Shown here in pieces: positions 1-9,505 of a stretch of 64,000 bases of DNA. Location of the stretch: the IMG/VR virus record IMGVR_UViG_3300001517_000002, positions 49,448 to 113,447 of that record, one strand, 5' to 3'. Position numbers and translations under genes: made by a program. Numbering within the stretch: the stretch's first letter is position 1; each line of letters begins with the position of its first letter. The stretch comes from a virus (Duplodnaviria > Caudoviricetes). The notes under the pieces were generated by a model. It was not told where the DNA came from, did not search any database, and worked only from the letters and a program-made list of their open reading frames with translations.

Positions 1-559
1 TTTCAAAACGTAAAGTTCTTAATTCTCCACGAGCGTTCTTAATTGTCGCAACAAGACCGTCTAACGCTTTGCCACTACCGTTTTCGCTATCAGAGCCTTC
101 TTTTCCGCTGTACAGTCCCTTTACACTGACTTCTCCTAAAGGAGCTAATCTCTTTTCAAGTAAAGTTATGTTCTTATTAGCGTCAGTATATCCATTGGTT
201 GTTAATGCGCTGAAACTTTTGGTAAATGTATCATTCAAATTTCTCAAAGAGTTAGAAACTTTGTCTACTTCTTTGGTAGTTTTTTGAGAAGCATTTTGAA
301 TATTACTCATAACATTTGTTGTTGTGTTACGAGTGTCAAAATCTATATTACCAATATTCAGCTTTAAGTTAGAAGATATTGTATTTAATTGAGACTGTAT
401 ACGCTGTGTTGTTTTTTTTAAATCAATATTACAGGTAATTTGTAATGCCCTATTTGCATTAAGTTGCTCACTAACTGATTTTAAATCGTTCTGTATGGTA
501 CTGACCGTTTCTCTCTTTTGTAAGCCAGCAGTTATTACAATCTTACTATTATTTGCCAT
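1..559 (-). CDS. probable tail tape measure protein, N-terminal part (runs off window)
   Basis: ATG at 559 behind an AGGGGG RBS, frame open to the window edge (MANNSKIVITAGLQ...); follows tail and chaperone-like genes. Confidence 0.55.
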   Translation of the reverse strand, partial: MANNSKIVITAGLQKRETVSTIQNDLKSVSEQLNANRALQITCNIDLKKTTQRIQSQLNTISSNLKLNIGNIDFDTRNTTTNVMSNIQNASQKTTKEVDKVSNSLRNLNDTFTKSFSALTTNGYTDANKNITLLEKRLAPLGEVSVKGLYSGKEGSDSENGSGKALDGLVATIKNARGELRTLRFE

Positions 560-1111
560 TTAAGCACTACCCCCTTTCTTTTGAAAATCCAAATGAACAT
601 CTTGTCCATTCCATGTAGCTATAACATCATCTGAGGATATATACACACCGTATGGATTTTGACGATTAAATTGTGCAATTGCTTTTTCTATGAAATGATA
701 ACCCTCATAATAAGTGAAGCGATTAATCCTATGCCCTATTCGTTTTTCCAGTTTTGGTGCATACCAACCAGAGTTAATTAAAATGGGAACATAAGACTGG
801 TGAGTATGATTGAAATTAGGATGATTAGCCATAGAGTCCATAAAAGAAACACGAAGCTCTATTCTGTTTCCTTTTACTCTTGCTTGTAAAAAATTTTCAG
901 CGTATAATGAATCCATAAAATCAAATGTACGTTCATACTCGATTGGTTTATACGACAGATAATATTCTCTGATATAATTATCTAAAATCTGATAAAGATA
1001 TTGAACAGCCCCTTCGAGATTTTCTTTTAAGGTTTTTCCGTTTTCCATTTTTATTTCTGTTTGCAATATTTTTTCAAGTTGTTTCTCTATACTATCTGCC
1101 ACATTTACCAC
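560..1111 (-). CDS. hypothetical tail-region protein
   Basis: 183 aa ORF abutting its neighbours in the late operon. Confidence 0.7.
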   Translation of the reverse strand: MVNVADSIEKQLEKILQTEIKMENGKTLKENLEGAVQYLYQILDNYIREYYLSYKPIEYERTFDFMDSLYAENFLQARVKGNRIELRVSFMDSMANHPNFNHTHQSYVPILINSGWYAPKLEKRIGHRINRFTYYEGYHFIEKAIAQFNRQNPYGVYISSDDVIATWNGQDVHLDFQKKGGSA

Positions 1112-1112
1112 C

Positions 1113-1652
1113 TTACTTCTTTCTTTTTTTACCTATTACCGCATTAACAAAAGCTTTTTTATCTACTTTGTTAATTCCACTAAGAACTTCTTTCGCCAAA
1201 ACAAGACTCTCGGTATTATCTGTGGTTATTATTGTTGATATATCTTCACAAAGCTTATCAAAAGAAGTTTTCTTAGTATTGATGCGATAATTAATCTGGT
1301 CAATAACAGCAGTCTCAATATCACTCCAGATTTCAAGATTAGTTACCTTACGTTCAATCTCAATAAACCACTGTCCCTGAGACAGCCCATAAATTTCGTT
1401 CACGCTATAATCAGAAATATCTAAATCGGTAAAGTATGTTATCATAGCATAATGTGTAATAACGGGCTTTCTCCATGACTCATACTCTCCCTTTTCATTA
1501 AAACAACTATCTACGATAAGAGAAACAATTTCTGCAAAATCATCAGTAGTTAATGTTGTAAATATATTGATAATTTCTCCCTTTATCTTTATAGGCTTAC
1601 TTTTTTCTTCCTGACACTTTGCAATAATAGTATTAATCTTTGCCATATTCAA
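1113..1652 (-). CDS. hypothetical protein (possible tail assembly chaperone)
   Basis: 179 aa ORF; position upstream of the tape measure gene. Confidence 0.6.
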   Translation of the reverse strand: MNMAKINTIIAKCQEEKSKPIKIKGEIINIFTTLTTDDFAEIVSLIVDSCFNEKGEYESWRKPVITHYAMITYFTDLDISDYSVNEIYGLSQGQWFIEIERKVTNLEIWSDIETAVIDQINYRINTKKTSFDKLCEDISTIITTDNTESLVLAKEVLSGINKVDKKAFVNAVIGKKRKK

Positions 1653-2200
1653 TTCTCCTTTTCTATTTCCGTTGCGTATCGTCCAAGAGCTATGCTATCA
1701 GACAAATCGTCAACTGTTATATCAAGACCATAATAGTCATTTACTTTCTTCATAATATCTTTTTTACGTTCTGGACGTTTTATTGTTCTGTCATATGTGC
1801 CCCAAGTATTTATCCACTTACTTTCTTCAATTATTTTATATGGGATATTTAAGGTATGGCACAAATGAGCAATAAAACCCTGTAATCTACCCAGCGACTT
1901 ATAGCCCTTTGGGTTTCCATTTTCAAAAATCTCCTCAAAATAAACTACATCAGGGGCAATTTTACGCAATTCCTTTTCAATAATATCTGTAATGAGCGTT
2001 GTTCTTAATAGCGTTATTTCATATTTCCACTCAGGCATATCAATAAAAAGTGTACGCTTAGTCTTGTCGTAGACATAAGAAACTTCATCGATACGTTTCT
2101 TCTTTTTGGGTTTGATTAAGTAGTAATTAACAAGCTCTCCATTTTCAAATACAGACAACCCTGTTGCGGTTGTACTTTGGTCTAAAGCAATAATTGTCAT
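1649..2200 (-). CDS. RuvC-like Holliday junction resolvase
   Basis: IIALDQSTTATG, VYFEE and DDLSDSIALG acidic RNase H-fold motifs. Confidence 0.85.
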   Translation of the reverse strand: MTIIALDQSTTATGLSVFENGELVNYYLIKPKKKKRIDEVSYVYDKTKRTLFIDMPEWKYEITLLRTTLITDIIEKELRKIAPDVVYFEEIFENGNPKGYKSLGRLQGFIAHLCHTLNIPYKIIEESKWINTWGTYDRTIKRPERKKDIMKKVNDYYGLDITVDDLSDSIALGRYATEIEKEN

Positions 2201-2214
2201 TTATTCCTCCCTTA

Positions 2215-2256
2215 TAAAAAAAATAGGGGTAAGCCAAATTGTATGACTTACCCCTT
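2215..2256 (-). terminator. rho-independent terminator
   Basis: AGGGGTAAG/CTTACCCCT stem followed by a T-run on the minus strand. Confidence 0.7.
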
Positions 2257-2259
2257 TCA

Positions 2260-2586
2260 TTATTCTATTTCTTCGTTATTTGTATCTTCTTTTGGTTTGG
2301 GCTTTGAAACTCTTTTAGGAGTGCCTTTTGAAATAATTTTCTTAATATCTCTTGACACAGCTTCAAGGTACGGCATTTCACTATCAATTGAAATACCGAG
2401 ACTTGCAAAGGCTTCAGCCGTTTCTTTAGCATTTGTAACTCCTTCACGATACTCTCTGAGAAGATGTACAATTTGATAATGCTCTGGAGAACAAGTTATT
2501 GCCCTCCAACTTCCAATTTCCCCACAAGAACGACAATAGTGATAGCCCTTACCACAAATCTGACAATAAGCGTTTATTTCAGCCAT
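2260..2586 (-). CDS. zinc-finger hypothetical protein
   Basis: CQIC...CRSC...CSPEH motifs. Confidence 0.7.
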   Translation of the reverse strand: MAEINAYCQICGKGYHYCRSCGEIGSWRAITCSPEHYQIVHLLREYREGVTNAKETAEAFASLGISIDSEMPYLEAVSRDIKKIISKGTPKRVSKPKPKEDTNNEEIE

Positions 2587-2599
2587 TTAAATCTCACCA

Positions 2600-3436
2600 T
2601 CAAGGAGTCTCAGGGAGTGTGGGGAATACCACTCTAAAGAGCTGTTTGTTCTCGTCACAATAATCCTGCTGAGCGGAGAACGAGAAGGGGAATGTATCTG
2701 TCTTGCCAAAGCTTGCAGTTACAGAAGCAGAGAGCTGCGCCTTGGGGAAGATGGTATAACCAGCAAGAGCTGCGCCACAAGCTGTTTCAAAAAGTCCCTC
2801 TACAACAATCTCAATGTCCTTGGGGAACTTATCAGCAGAGTTAATGATTGCAACACAGTCCTCGGAATTGAAGTCATATTCCACAAAGAGCTTATCGCCT
2901 TCCTTTATGTCTCCGTCTGCAAAAGTAAGTGTCTTTGTACCAGAGGTATAAGTAAATACTCCGTCAGACGCAGCCTGACCAAGTTTGAAAATTTTCTTAG
3001 GATAATCGTCTTTGCCAAGAATACAAACTGAAATCTTATACTCAGGAACAGACTCAGTTCCAACATTAGCAGCGGCATACTTGAGGGTATACTCAGTTAA
3101 AGTATCTCCTGCCTTATATGTCTTTACAGGGTCAGAAATAGGAACTATAATTCCATTACCAGTAGTGCCGAATGTCTTACCCTCGCCATTAAGTTGCTGA
3201 GAATAAAGGTCAAGATTCCAGAAGGTTTCGTCACCAGTAAACTGACCTGTCTTTGCGTTCATCCAACGCTTAATAGGAGTACCCTCTGCATCGTTCTTTA
3301 CAACTTCCTGTGCATCGCACTGTAATGAACCATTTGATACCTTTCCAGTGATAAAAAGAATCTCGGCAGTTGTACGGTCACGACCAACAATACGCTGAAT
3401 TATATCAGGAATAACACCTGTTACATTTGTAGCCAT
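2600..3436 (-). CDS. probable major tail tube protein
   Basis: ATG 3436 behind GGAAAGTG; Thr/Gly/Ala-rich beta-type sequence; follows neck genes. Confidence 0.65.
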   Translation of the reverse strand: MATNVTGVIPDIIQRIVGRDRTTAEILFITGKVSNGSLQCDAQEVVKNDAEGTPIKRWMNAKTGQFTGDETFWNLDLYSQQLNGEGKTFGTTGNGIIVPISDPVKTYKAGDTLTEYTLKYAAANVGTESVPEYKISVCILGKDDYPKKIFKLGQAASDGVFTYTSGTKTLTFADGDIKEGDKLFVEYDFNSEDCVAIINSADKFPKDIEIVVEGLFETACGAALAGYTIFPKAQLSASVTASFGKTDTFPFSFSAQQDYCDENKQLFRVVFPTLPETP

Positions 3437-3459
3437 GTAATCACTTTCCTTTCTTTTTT

Positions 3460-4188
3460 TTAACTGACTTCTCTTAGCCAATTAAATTCATTTTTGTTTA
3501 TTTTACTCATATCCAGATTGCCAGAATAAGCTCCAATGCAAAGATGGTTTGAGTTTTCTATTATATTAATGCTTGACACGGAATCATAAAAAGCATATAT
3601 TTTCATGTCCCACACCTCGTCAAGCCTGTATTTAAAATATGGATGATTGGTTATTCTTGAAATAGCTGTTTTTAAAATTGACTTAGGTTTTCTTCTCTTT
3701 GCAAGCTCTAAGTCATTATGAGCATATTCAATCATTTTTTGTTTCGTATAATCATTTGCCACTTTTGTAAATTTAGGAGGAGACAACATATTAATTTTCC
3801 GTATGTACTCGACAATATCAGAATATGTTTGTTCATCAATAACAATATCATAGTAATGCAATTCTAACTTATCATTACAATTCACCAACCTAAATTTACT
3901 GAAATCAATTTCACCAAAAAGTAGTTTTGTACTCTGATAGTCTAATGATTGATATAATACGCAGAATAATTGATAACTGGTTATTTTTGTAAAATCAATT
4001 TTCATATCATCTAATTGAGCGATAACATCAAATGGTGTACAAGTAAATGTTGAAATCATCGCATAATATTTATCCTCACCCAATTTTTCTATTTCACCAA
4101 GAGTGGGTTGACGTATCAAAATTTTGTCATTTATTTGATAGTCACGACCTCGAAGCATACTTAATGTTTCAACTACCATTACTATCAC
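3460..4188 (-). CDS. hypothetical virion morphogenesis protein
   Basis: 242 aa ORF overlapping the upstream gene in the late operon. Confidence 0.65.
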   Translation of the reverse strand: MIVMVVETLSMLRGRDYQINDKILIRQPTLGEIEKLGEDKYYAMISTFTCTPFDVIAQLDDMKIDFTKITSYQLFCVLYQSLDYQSTKLLFGEIDFSKFRLVNCNDKLELHYYDIVIDEQTYSDIVEYIRKINMLSPPKFTKVANDYTKQKMIEYAHNDLELAKRRKPKSILKTAISRITNHPYFKYRLDEVWDMKIYAFYDSVSSINIIENSNHLCIGAYSGNLDMSKINKNEFNWLREVS

Positions 4189-4678
4189 ACATTTCTTTAT
4201 TGAAATCTAAAACTTCAAATATTATTTCACGTTGGCGATAGGTGTCATTAAGACTTCTTGGCATATTAGATACTCTTTGCAAAGTCCCTATTCCAGCAAT
4301 ATGCTTTCCGTTGAATTTCTTGTTAATTAGCTGAGAAATATAATCTATACGAACAGCAGATTGCCCAGCAGTTTCCATACGCATGACACTTTGATGAGCG
4401 ACAACATAAATATAAACTATACACTTGTCATATACTATATCATTCTTGAATGTATTAAATCGGTCTTGAACAGCTTCAACTCCGATTTCAACAAATATAT
4501 ATGTTTTGGCATCTTCCTGTGTTGGAATGATATAGTAATAGGGGAATAGTCGCACATACGTCAAATCTTCTTTGTCCTCATTTTCATTAATATCCAACGA
4601 ATTTACTATTGCTTCGTCTTGCTGAAGCTGTTCGATTATCTTATTTTTAAAAGTGGTAATAATCTTATCATTAGCCAT
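4169..4678 (-). CDS. putative tail terminator/completion protein
   Basis: about 170 aa; position between the neck and tail tube genes. Confidence 0.55.
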   Translation of the reverse strand: MANDKIITTFKNKIIEQLQQDEAIVNSLDINENEDKEDLTYVRLFPYYYIIPTQEDAKTYIFVEIGVEAVQDRFNTFKNDIVYDKCIVYIYVVAHQSVMRMETAGQSAVRIDYISQLINKKFNGKHIAGIGTLQRVSNMPRSLNDTYRQREIIFEVLDFNKEMCDSNGS

Positions 4679-4679
4679 G

Positions 4680-5738
4680 TTAGATACCACCCTTCACTGT
4701 AATTAATAGTTCACTTGATTGTGTACCATCGTTTGCAATCAACTTAAAACTACTTCCCACTATATCTGTGTTATTTGATTGCACATGAATTGAGCATGAA
4801 TATTCATCGACTATGGTAAGTTCTATGTAGTCTTTCCATTTGTCAACTACAAGCAAACTAAAATTAGCACTGCTATCAGTTTTAAATGTTTTAGTTCTGC
4901 CTATTCTAATTTCTGGTTTTCCAGAATATGAAATAACAATAGGGACAGTAGGCTCTGGAATAGAATTTGGGTCTATATAGTCACACAGCATTAAATCAAT
5001 TCTATCAGTCTGAGGATTAAATTCATGTTCCGTAAATGTAATTCTCATAATACGCATTTCATTATATGAATATGGTACTTTTGACATTGATGTAATAATG
5101 TAAGTGTCAGGATGTTTTTTTGAAATATCAATAAACATTCTCTTATCTCGCTGTAATTCCGCAGTTATTTCATCAAGCGACAACCAACTCATCAACTGAA
5201 TATAACCAGTTTGAATAATATTATTTGCCGTTTCGACACCAGTATTATATTGAGTTGCATCTGCGGTATAAGAAGGATAATAATAAATTACTCCTGTCTC
5301 ACTGTCTTGCCATTTTAAAGTATAATTACATTCATGAACAACAGCTTTTGTATATATAGTGTCGCTGTCTGGCATAGCCATAATAATATATATCTGCCAG
5401 TTCTGTTTTGTATCTTTTATTTTGATATACTTATAATCAGCTACAAAATCACTTATTCGTGTAAGAACTTGTCTTTTCCAGCCTTGAGTATAAGCATCAA
5501 AGGTCTTGTTCTGGACAACTGCTTTTGTTGGGTATTCCGTTTCAAACAATCCAGTTTCACCATTGTATTGACCTTTACAAAAGATAACATCTTCTCCTAA
5601 AGGTGTTTCAGTTAAATCTTCATCAAAAGCGTCAATAACCCAATCATTCCATTCTTCATCTTCTAAACCGTTATTTATTGTTGGTTGCGGATTAATAAGA
5701 TACCAACCTTGCGAATCCATACTAATCACCCCAATCAA
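4680..5738 (-). CDS. putative head closure / head-tail joining protein
   Basis: 352 aa with a CNYTLKW motif and a beta-rich C-terminus; neck position. Confidence 0.55.
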   Translation of the reverse strand: MIGVISMDSQGWYLINPQPTINNGLEDEEWNDWVIDAFDEDLTETPLGEDVIFCKGQYNGETGLFETEYPTKAVVQNKTFDAYTQGWKRQVLTRISDFVADYKYIKIKDTKQNWQIYIIMAMPDSDTIYTKAVVHECNYTLKWQDSETGVIYYYPSYTADATQYNTGVETANNIIQTGYIQLMSWLSLDEITAELQRDKRMFIDISKKHPDTYIITSMSKVPYSYNEMRIMRITFTEHEFNPQTDRIDLMLCDYIDPNSIPEPTVPIVISYSGKPEIRIGRTKTFKTDSSANFSLLVVDKWKDYIELTIVDEYSCSIHVQSNNTDIVGSSFKLIANDGTQSSELLITVKGGI

Positions 5739-6130
5739 TCAAAAGCATGAGTTTTCTGTTTATGGAGGAACTCTTGGACTCGTTGCTGCTGGAATACCAA
5801 ATCTTTATAAGTTACATTCTTAGAAGCATCGCTACCAGTTAATTGAATATCCTTACCTCGAAATCCATTTATCTTTTCTGCTCTTGACAACTCTCTTGTA
5901 AGATACTCTTGGTACATAAGAAGTCCTAACGTATACACAACATTACTTTTGAGCTTTGAATCAAATTTAGAACTATCCATATCGTAACCAAGTTCATCAA
6001 TATCTAATTCGTATTGAGCCAAAGCAGAGCTAAACCATTCGTCCTCCAGCCCATCTGGTAACAGCTTTTTAGCCATTGGGTGAGAACGAAAGCTTTGGAT
6101 AACATCATCTTTTGTAGTTACGTCACCCAA
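5735..6130 (-). CDS. putative head-tail adaptor
   Basis: 131 aa, helical; downstream of the capsid gene. Confidence 0.55.
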   Translation of the reverse strand: MGDVTTKDDVIQSFRSHPMAKKLLPDGLEDEWFSSALAQYELDIDELGYDMDSSKFDSKLKSNVVYTLGLLMYQEYLTRELSRAEKINGFRGKDIQLTGSDASKNVTYKDLVFQQQRVQEFLHKQKTHAFD

Positions 6131-6147
6131 TGTTAATCACCACCTTA

Positions 6148-6618
6148 TTATTCGCTATCTTCTGTATTCAGCGGAATACCTGTGTATTTTTCAACGAACT
6201 TAATCTTATTATAATCATTTACCCCAAGCTTGCGCATAGTCTCGATAAGGAACTTCTTTTCTGGTAAGGTAGTAACAAGCTTTTTAATGGTGCTCTCAAA
6301 CTGTGTCTTACCCTTGATTTTAAATGCTTCTTCTATCTTATCTTCGTTAGTAATAGACTGCTCAGAATCCTCAGTGTCAAAACCAACATAAACTCTTGTT
6401 TCCTTATCATCAATATATATATAAGGATGGGAATGGTCATTATTTTCGCCACAGAACTTTACACTTCCTGATTGCACCTGAGAAACTACTTCTGCTCTAT
6501 CTATAAGAATTGATGTACGAGGAGGAATATTAACCTCTCCTTGTCCGTTGATTCTTATAAATCCCACAGGAAATGTTGTTAAGTTTTTAATTGTAATATT
6601 TGTGTTCATGTCTAACAT
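6148..6618 (-). CDS. hypothetical head-associated protein
   Basis: ORF directly after the capsid gene; AAGGAGG RBS before ATG 6618. Confidence 0.65.
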   Translation of the reverse strand: MLDMNTNITIKNLTTFPVGFIRINGQGEVNIPPRTSILIDRAEVVSQVQSGSVKFCGENNDHSHPYIYIDDKETRVYVGFDTEDSEQSITNEDKIEEAFKIKGKTQFESTIKKLVTTLPEKKFLIETMRKLGVNDYNKIKFVEKYTGIPLNTEDSE

Positions 6619-6637
6619 TAAACAAAATCCTCCTTGA

Positions 6638-6672
6638 TATTTTAGGGGCGGCATTTACCGCCCCATTGATTT
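6638..6672 (-). terminator. hairpin/terminator after the capsid gene
   Basis: GGGGCGG/CCGCCCC stem. Confidence 0.5.
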
Positions 6673-6675
6673 TTA

Positions 6676-7761
6676 TTATGATGCTGTATCAATAAGACCA
6701 ATCTTATACTCCTCACCCTTTGCAATATCAGCAGCAACCTCAAGGTCATATCTTGTAAGAATCTTACCAGTTGTCGCATCATTTGCTGTAAAGCTTGTAA
6801 GACCACCACGAGTCCAGAGCTTGATAGGAGAAGCTATACCATTGGGAACTACATAGATATATCTATCGTCCATAATCTTGTCGAACCAATTATTAGCATT
6901 AACTGAGGTAAGGTCATAGGCATTATCCATACCGTATACCAGTGCGCCCATAATGCTTGAAACATAACCATTATTCTTAATCTCGTTCATTGCCTCCTGA
7001 GAGATATTGAGATAAGGGGTTGCCTGTGCATCTGCATATGTAGCAATGGTATTCAGCTTTGTAACAGCAGAAGTATCACCTACAAGAGTTACACGACCAA
7101 AGGGACGAGCCTTATTGATAACTTCCTGCACTCCCTGTCTTGTAACACCAAGAACAGCGTTCTTAATATTCGCATTTGTAACAGCATTAATAACCTTGTC
7201 AAACGCATAAGCCTTTGCCTTGTTCATCATATCTGTCTGGATGTTCTGAATAAGAGTATTCTCGGAACTCATATCACCATACTGAGCCTTACGATAATCA
7301 ACCTCGTAACCAGCAGCAAGAGAAGTTGAAGGCACACCATACTCATCTTCGTAGTTAAAGCTGAAAGGAACATCACCATTGAGAGCCTGTCCTCTTGTAT
7401 TAATGCTCTGCTTTGTTACCTTGCGCTTAATGTCCTCGCCGTAGCCAAGCTGCTCAAAGTCTCCAAAGAATCCCAGAAGCTTAATTTCCTCAAGTACAAG
7501 GGGGCTTACAACCAGTGTTCTGATAGCATTAAGCTCAGAAATAGCAGAAGTATCACCACCCTCGGCTTTTGCGTTCAGTTCCTTAATATAATTTCTACAC
7601 TTGTTACCAACAGGCTTACCCTCTCCGTCTTTAATAGAGTCAATGGACTGTCCATTGACCATAGCACTATAAGCCTTTACAACAGGAGACTGTGAATTAA
7701 GCTCACTAACGACCTTATCTTTGCGACTATTAGTCATTTCATTAAGTTCATATCTTCTCAT
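6676..7761 (-). CDS. major capsid protein
   Basis: 361 aa; order portal-scaffold-decoration-capsid; codon usage of a highly expressed gene; followed by a hairpin. Confidence 0.8.
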   Translation of the reverse strand: MRRYELNEMTNSRKDKVVSELNSQSPVVKAYSAMVNGQSIDSIKDGEGKPVGNKCRNYIKELNAKAEGGDTSAISELNAIRTLVVSPLVLEEIKLLGFFGDFEQLGYGEDIKRKVTKQSINTRGQALNGDVPFSFNYEDEYGVPSTSLAAGYEVDYRKAQYGDMSSENTLIQNIQTDMMNKAKAYAFDKVINAVTNANIKNAVLGVTRQGVQEVINKARPFGRVTLVGDTSAVTKLNTIATYADAQATPYLNISQEAMNEIKNNGYVSSIMGALVYGMDNAYDLTSVNANNWFDKIMDDRYIYVVPNGIASPIKLWTRGGLTSFTANDATTGKILTRYDLEVAADIAKGEEYKIGLIDTAS

Positions 7762-7786
7762 ATCCTTATCATTCCTTTCTTAAAAA

Positions 7787-8236
7787 TTATTCAGCAATGG
7801 TTACAAGAACTCTTACACCTATAGTAAGGAGCTTCATAACCTTAAAGCAAATGTCACCAGTAGTTGCGGTATCTTTCTTAAACTTAAATGTAGTAGCGTC
7901 AAATGTAAGTGTATCTCCTACTGCAATATCGCCAAATGTACCTTCTATATTCTCCTTTGTTACATCAAGCTCCATACCTTCCCACTTAGAGAGCTTAAAG
8001 AGATTTACATACTCTCCCTGTGCGATAGGATAAGTAAGAGCGTACTCCTTATCACCAACCTGAGTATTAAGAACAATATAAAGTTCCTCGCCACTTGCAG
8101 GAGCTTTAGTTACCTTTGAAGCACCTGTATATGTAAGACCAACAAGTGCGCCATTAATCATATCTGCGTGTGCTGTAACATTAGGGTAGCTATCACCAAA
8201 ATGTTCAATCATCTTCATAGTATGTACCTTTACCAT
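7787..8236 (-). CDS. putative capsid decoration protein
   Basis: 149 aa, beta-rich; between the scaffold and capsid genes. Confidence 0.6.
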   Translation of the reverse strand: MVKVHTMKMIEHFGDSYPNVTAHADMINGALVGLTYTGASKVTKAPASGEELYIVLNTQVGDKEYALTYPIAQGEYVNLFKLSKWEGMELDVTKENIEGTFGDIAVGDTLTFDATTFKFKKDTATTGDICFKVMKLLTIGVRVLVTIAE

Positions 8237-8257
8237 ATTAAAACCTTCCTTTCTTAA

Positions 8258-9463
8258 TTAATAAATAGAACCTTCGTCTGAATTTGTTGTGTTTGTTTTT
8301 GCTCTAAAGACTTCACCATAAATGTCGCCATTTGCAGAATTAAGCTCAACGGTGGTATCTTCTTTCTTTTCTACTGACTTCATACCAATGCCACGATAAA
8401 TAGCATCAATTACTGTATTAATCTCAACATTAACAGGGTCAGCCTTGAACTTTTCAATCTCATCCTTTGCATACTCCTTCTGCTCATCTGTAAATCCTGC
8501 GATAGCAGAATTAAGTTCGCCAAGTCTCTCCTTTGCCTTTGCCTCACCAAGTGCAACTTCGAGTGCTCTCTTTTCCTCCCAAGCACCGTCAAGCTCCTTG
8601 GACTTCTGGTCAATCTCAGCCCTAACCGCATCAAGTGCAGACTGAATTTCAGCAACAGAAGCGTTAAGTTCCGCAATCTTGGAATCCTTATCTGTTATAA
8701 TCTGATTAAGCTCTGTAATCTTTGCCTCATACTCGGCATTTTTAGCATTAGTCTCTGATACTGCAACCTTTACGGAATCAGTAATCATAGCAAGTGTCTC
8801 TTTATCCATTTTGTTAACCTCACTTTCTTTATTCTTGTTTTTATTCAAAGAAGCGGCTTCTAATACAATTGCATTTTCATCAGCTTCTTTAACACTTAAA
8901 ATAGCAGTACCACTGAAATCAAACACCATAGGTATTCTGTATTCGTCAGTAGCCTCACCTTCGTATATAATTTGGTAGTCATTTTCTTCTTTTCCAGTTA
9001 ATTCAATAGAAGATTTTATAACATTTGTCTGTAAATTGTTCTTGAGCCATTTTACAAAGTTGGGATAGCGTTGGTCAAATAAATAACCTTCTCCAACTAA
9101 AAGCTTTTTATCAGAGCCATTTACATTAATCATTTCTAACTGTGCTTTTTCAATTACTCCAACTACATCCGAATCTTGAAATATAGGCACTGAATTACCC
9201 TTACCATCTTCAATCTGGTCAGTATACCCATGTCCTAAAGGTACTGTTTTTGTATCATCTGTAAACTCACAGCATATTGGCATATTAATAGCGGTTTCCA
9301 GATTGTTAAGGACATATTTTTCCTTCCAATGGAGTCCGTTACCTTGTGTATCTTCTTCATTTTCATGTATGGTGAGAAGTGCCATCTTTATATACCTTCT
9401 GCCACTTTTAGTACGTTTACTTCCCATTTCAATAATTGTATTCACGTTCTCACCACCTCTCAT
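8258..9463 (-). CDS. prohead protease/scaffold protein
   Basis: N-terminal globular domain (LGHG, SSIE) plus a long C-terminal coiled coil; follows the portal gene. Confidence 0.7.
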   Translation of the reverse strand: MRGGENVNTIIEMGSKRTKSGRRYIKMALLTIHENEEDTQGNGLHWKEKYVLNNLETAINMPICCEFTDDTKTVPLGHGYTDQIEDGKGNSVPIFQDSDVVGVIEKAQLEMINVNGSDKKLLVGEGYLFDQRYPNFVKWLKNNLQTNVIKSSIELTGKEENDYQIIYEGEATDEYRIPMVFDFSGTAILSVKEADENAIVLEAASLNKNKNKESEVNKMDKETLAMITDSVKVAVSETNAKNAEYEAKITELNQIITDKDSKIAELNASVAEIQSALDAVRAEIDQKSKELDGAWEEKRALEVALGEAKAKERLGELNSAIAGFTDEQKEYAKDEIEKFKADPVNVEINTVIDAIYRGIGMKSVEKKEDTTVELNSANGDIYGEVFRAKTNTTNSDEGSIY

Positions 9464-9505
9464 GTGCTATAATAAAAAGGACTTGCTGTATTATAGCAAG
9501 TCTCT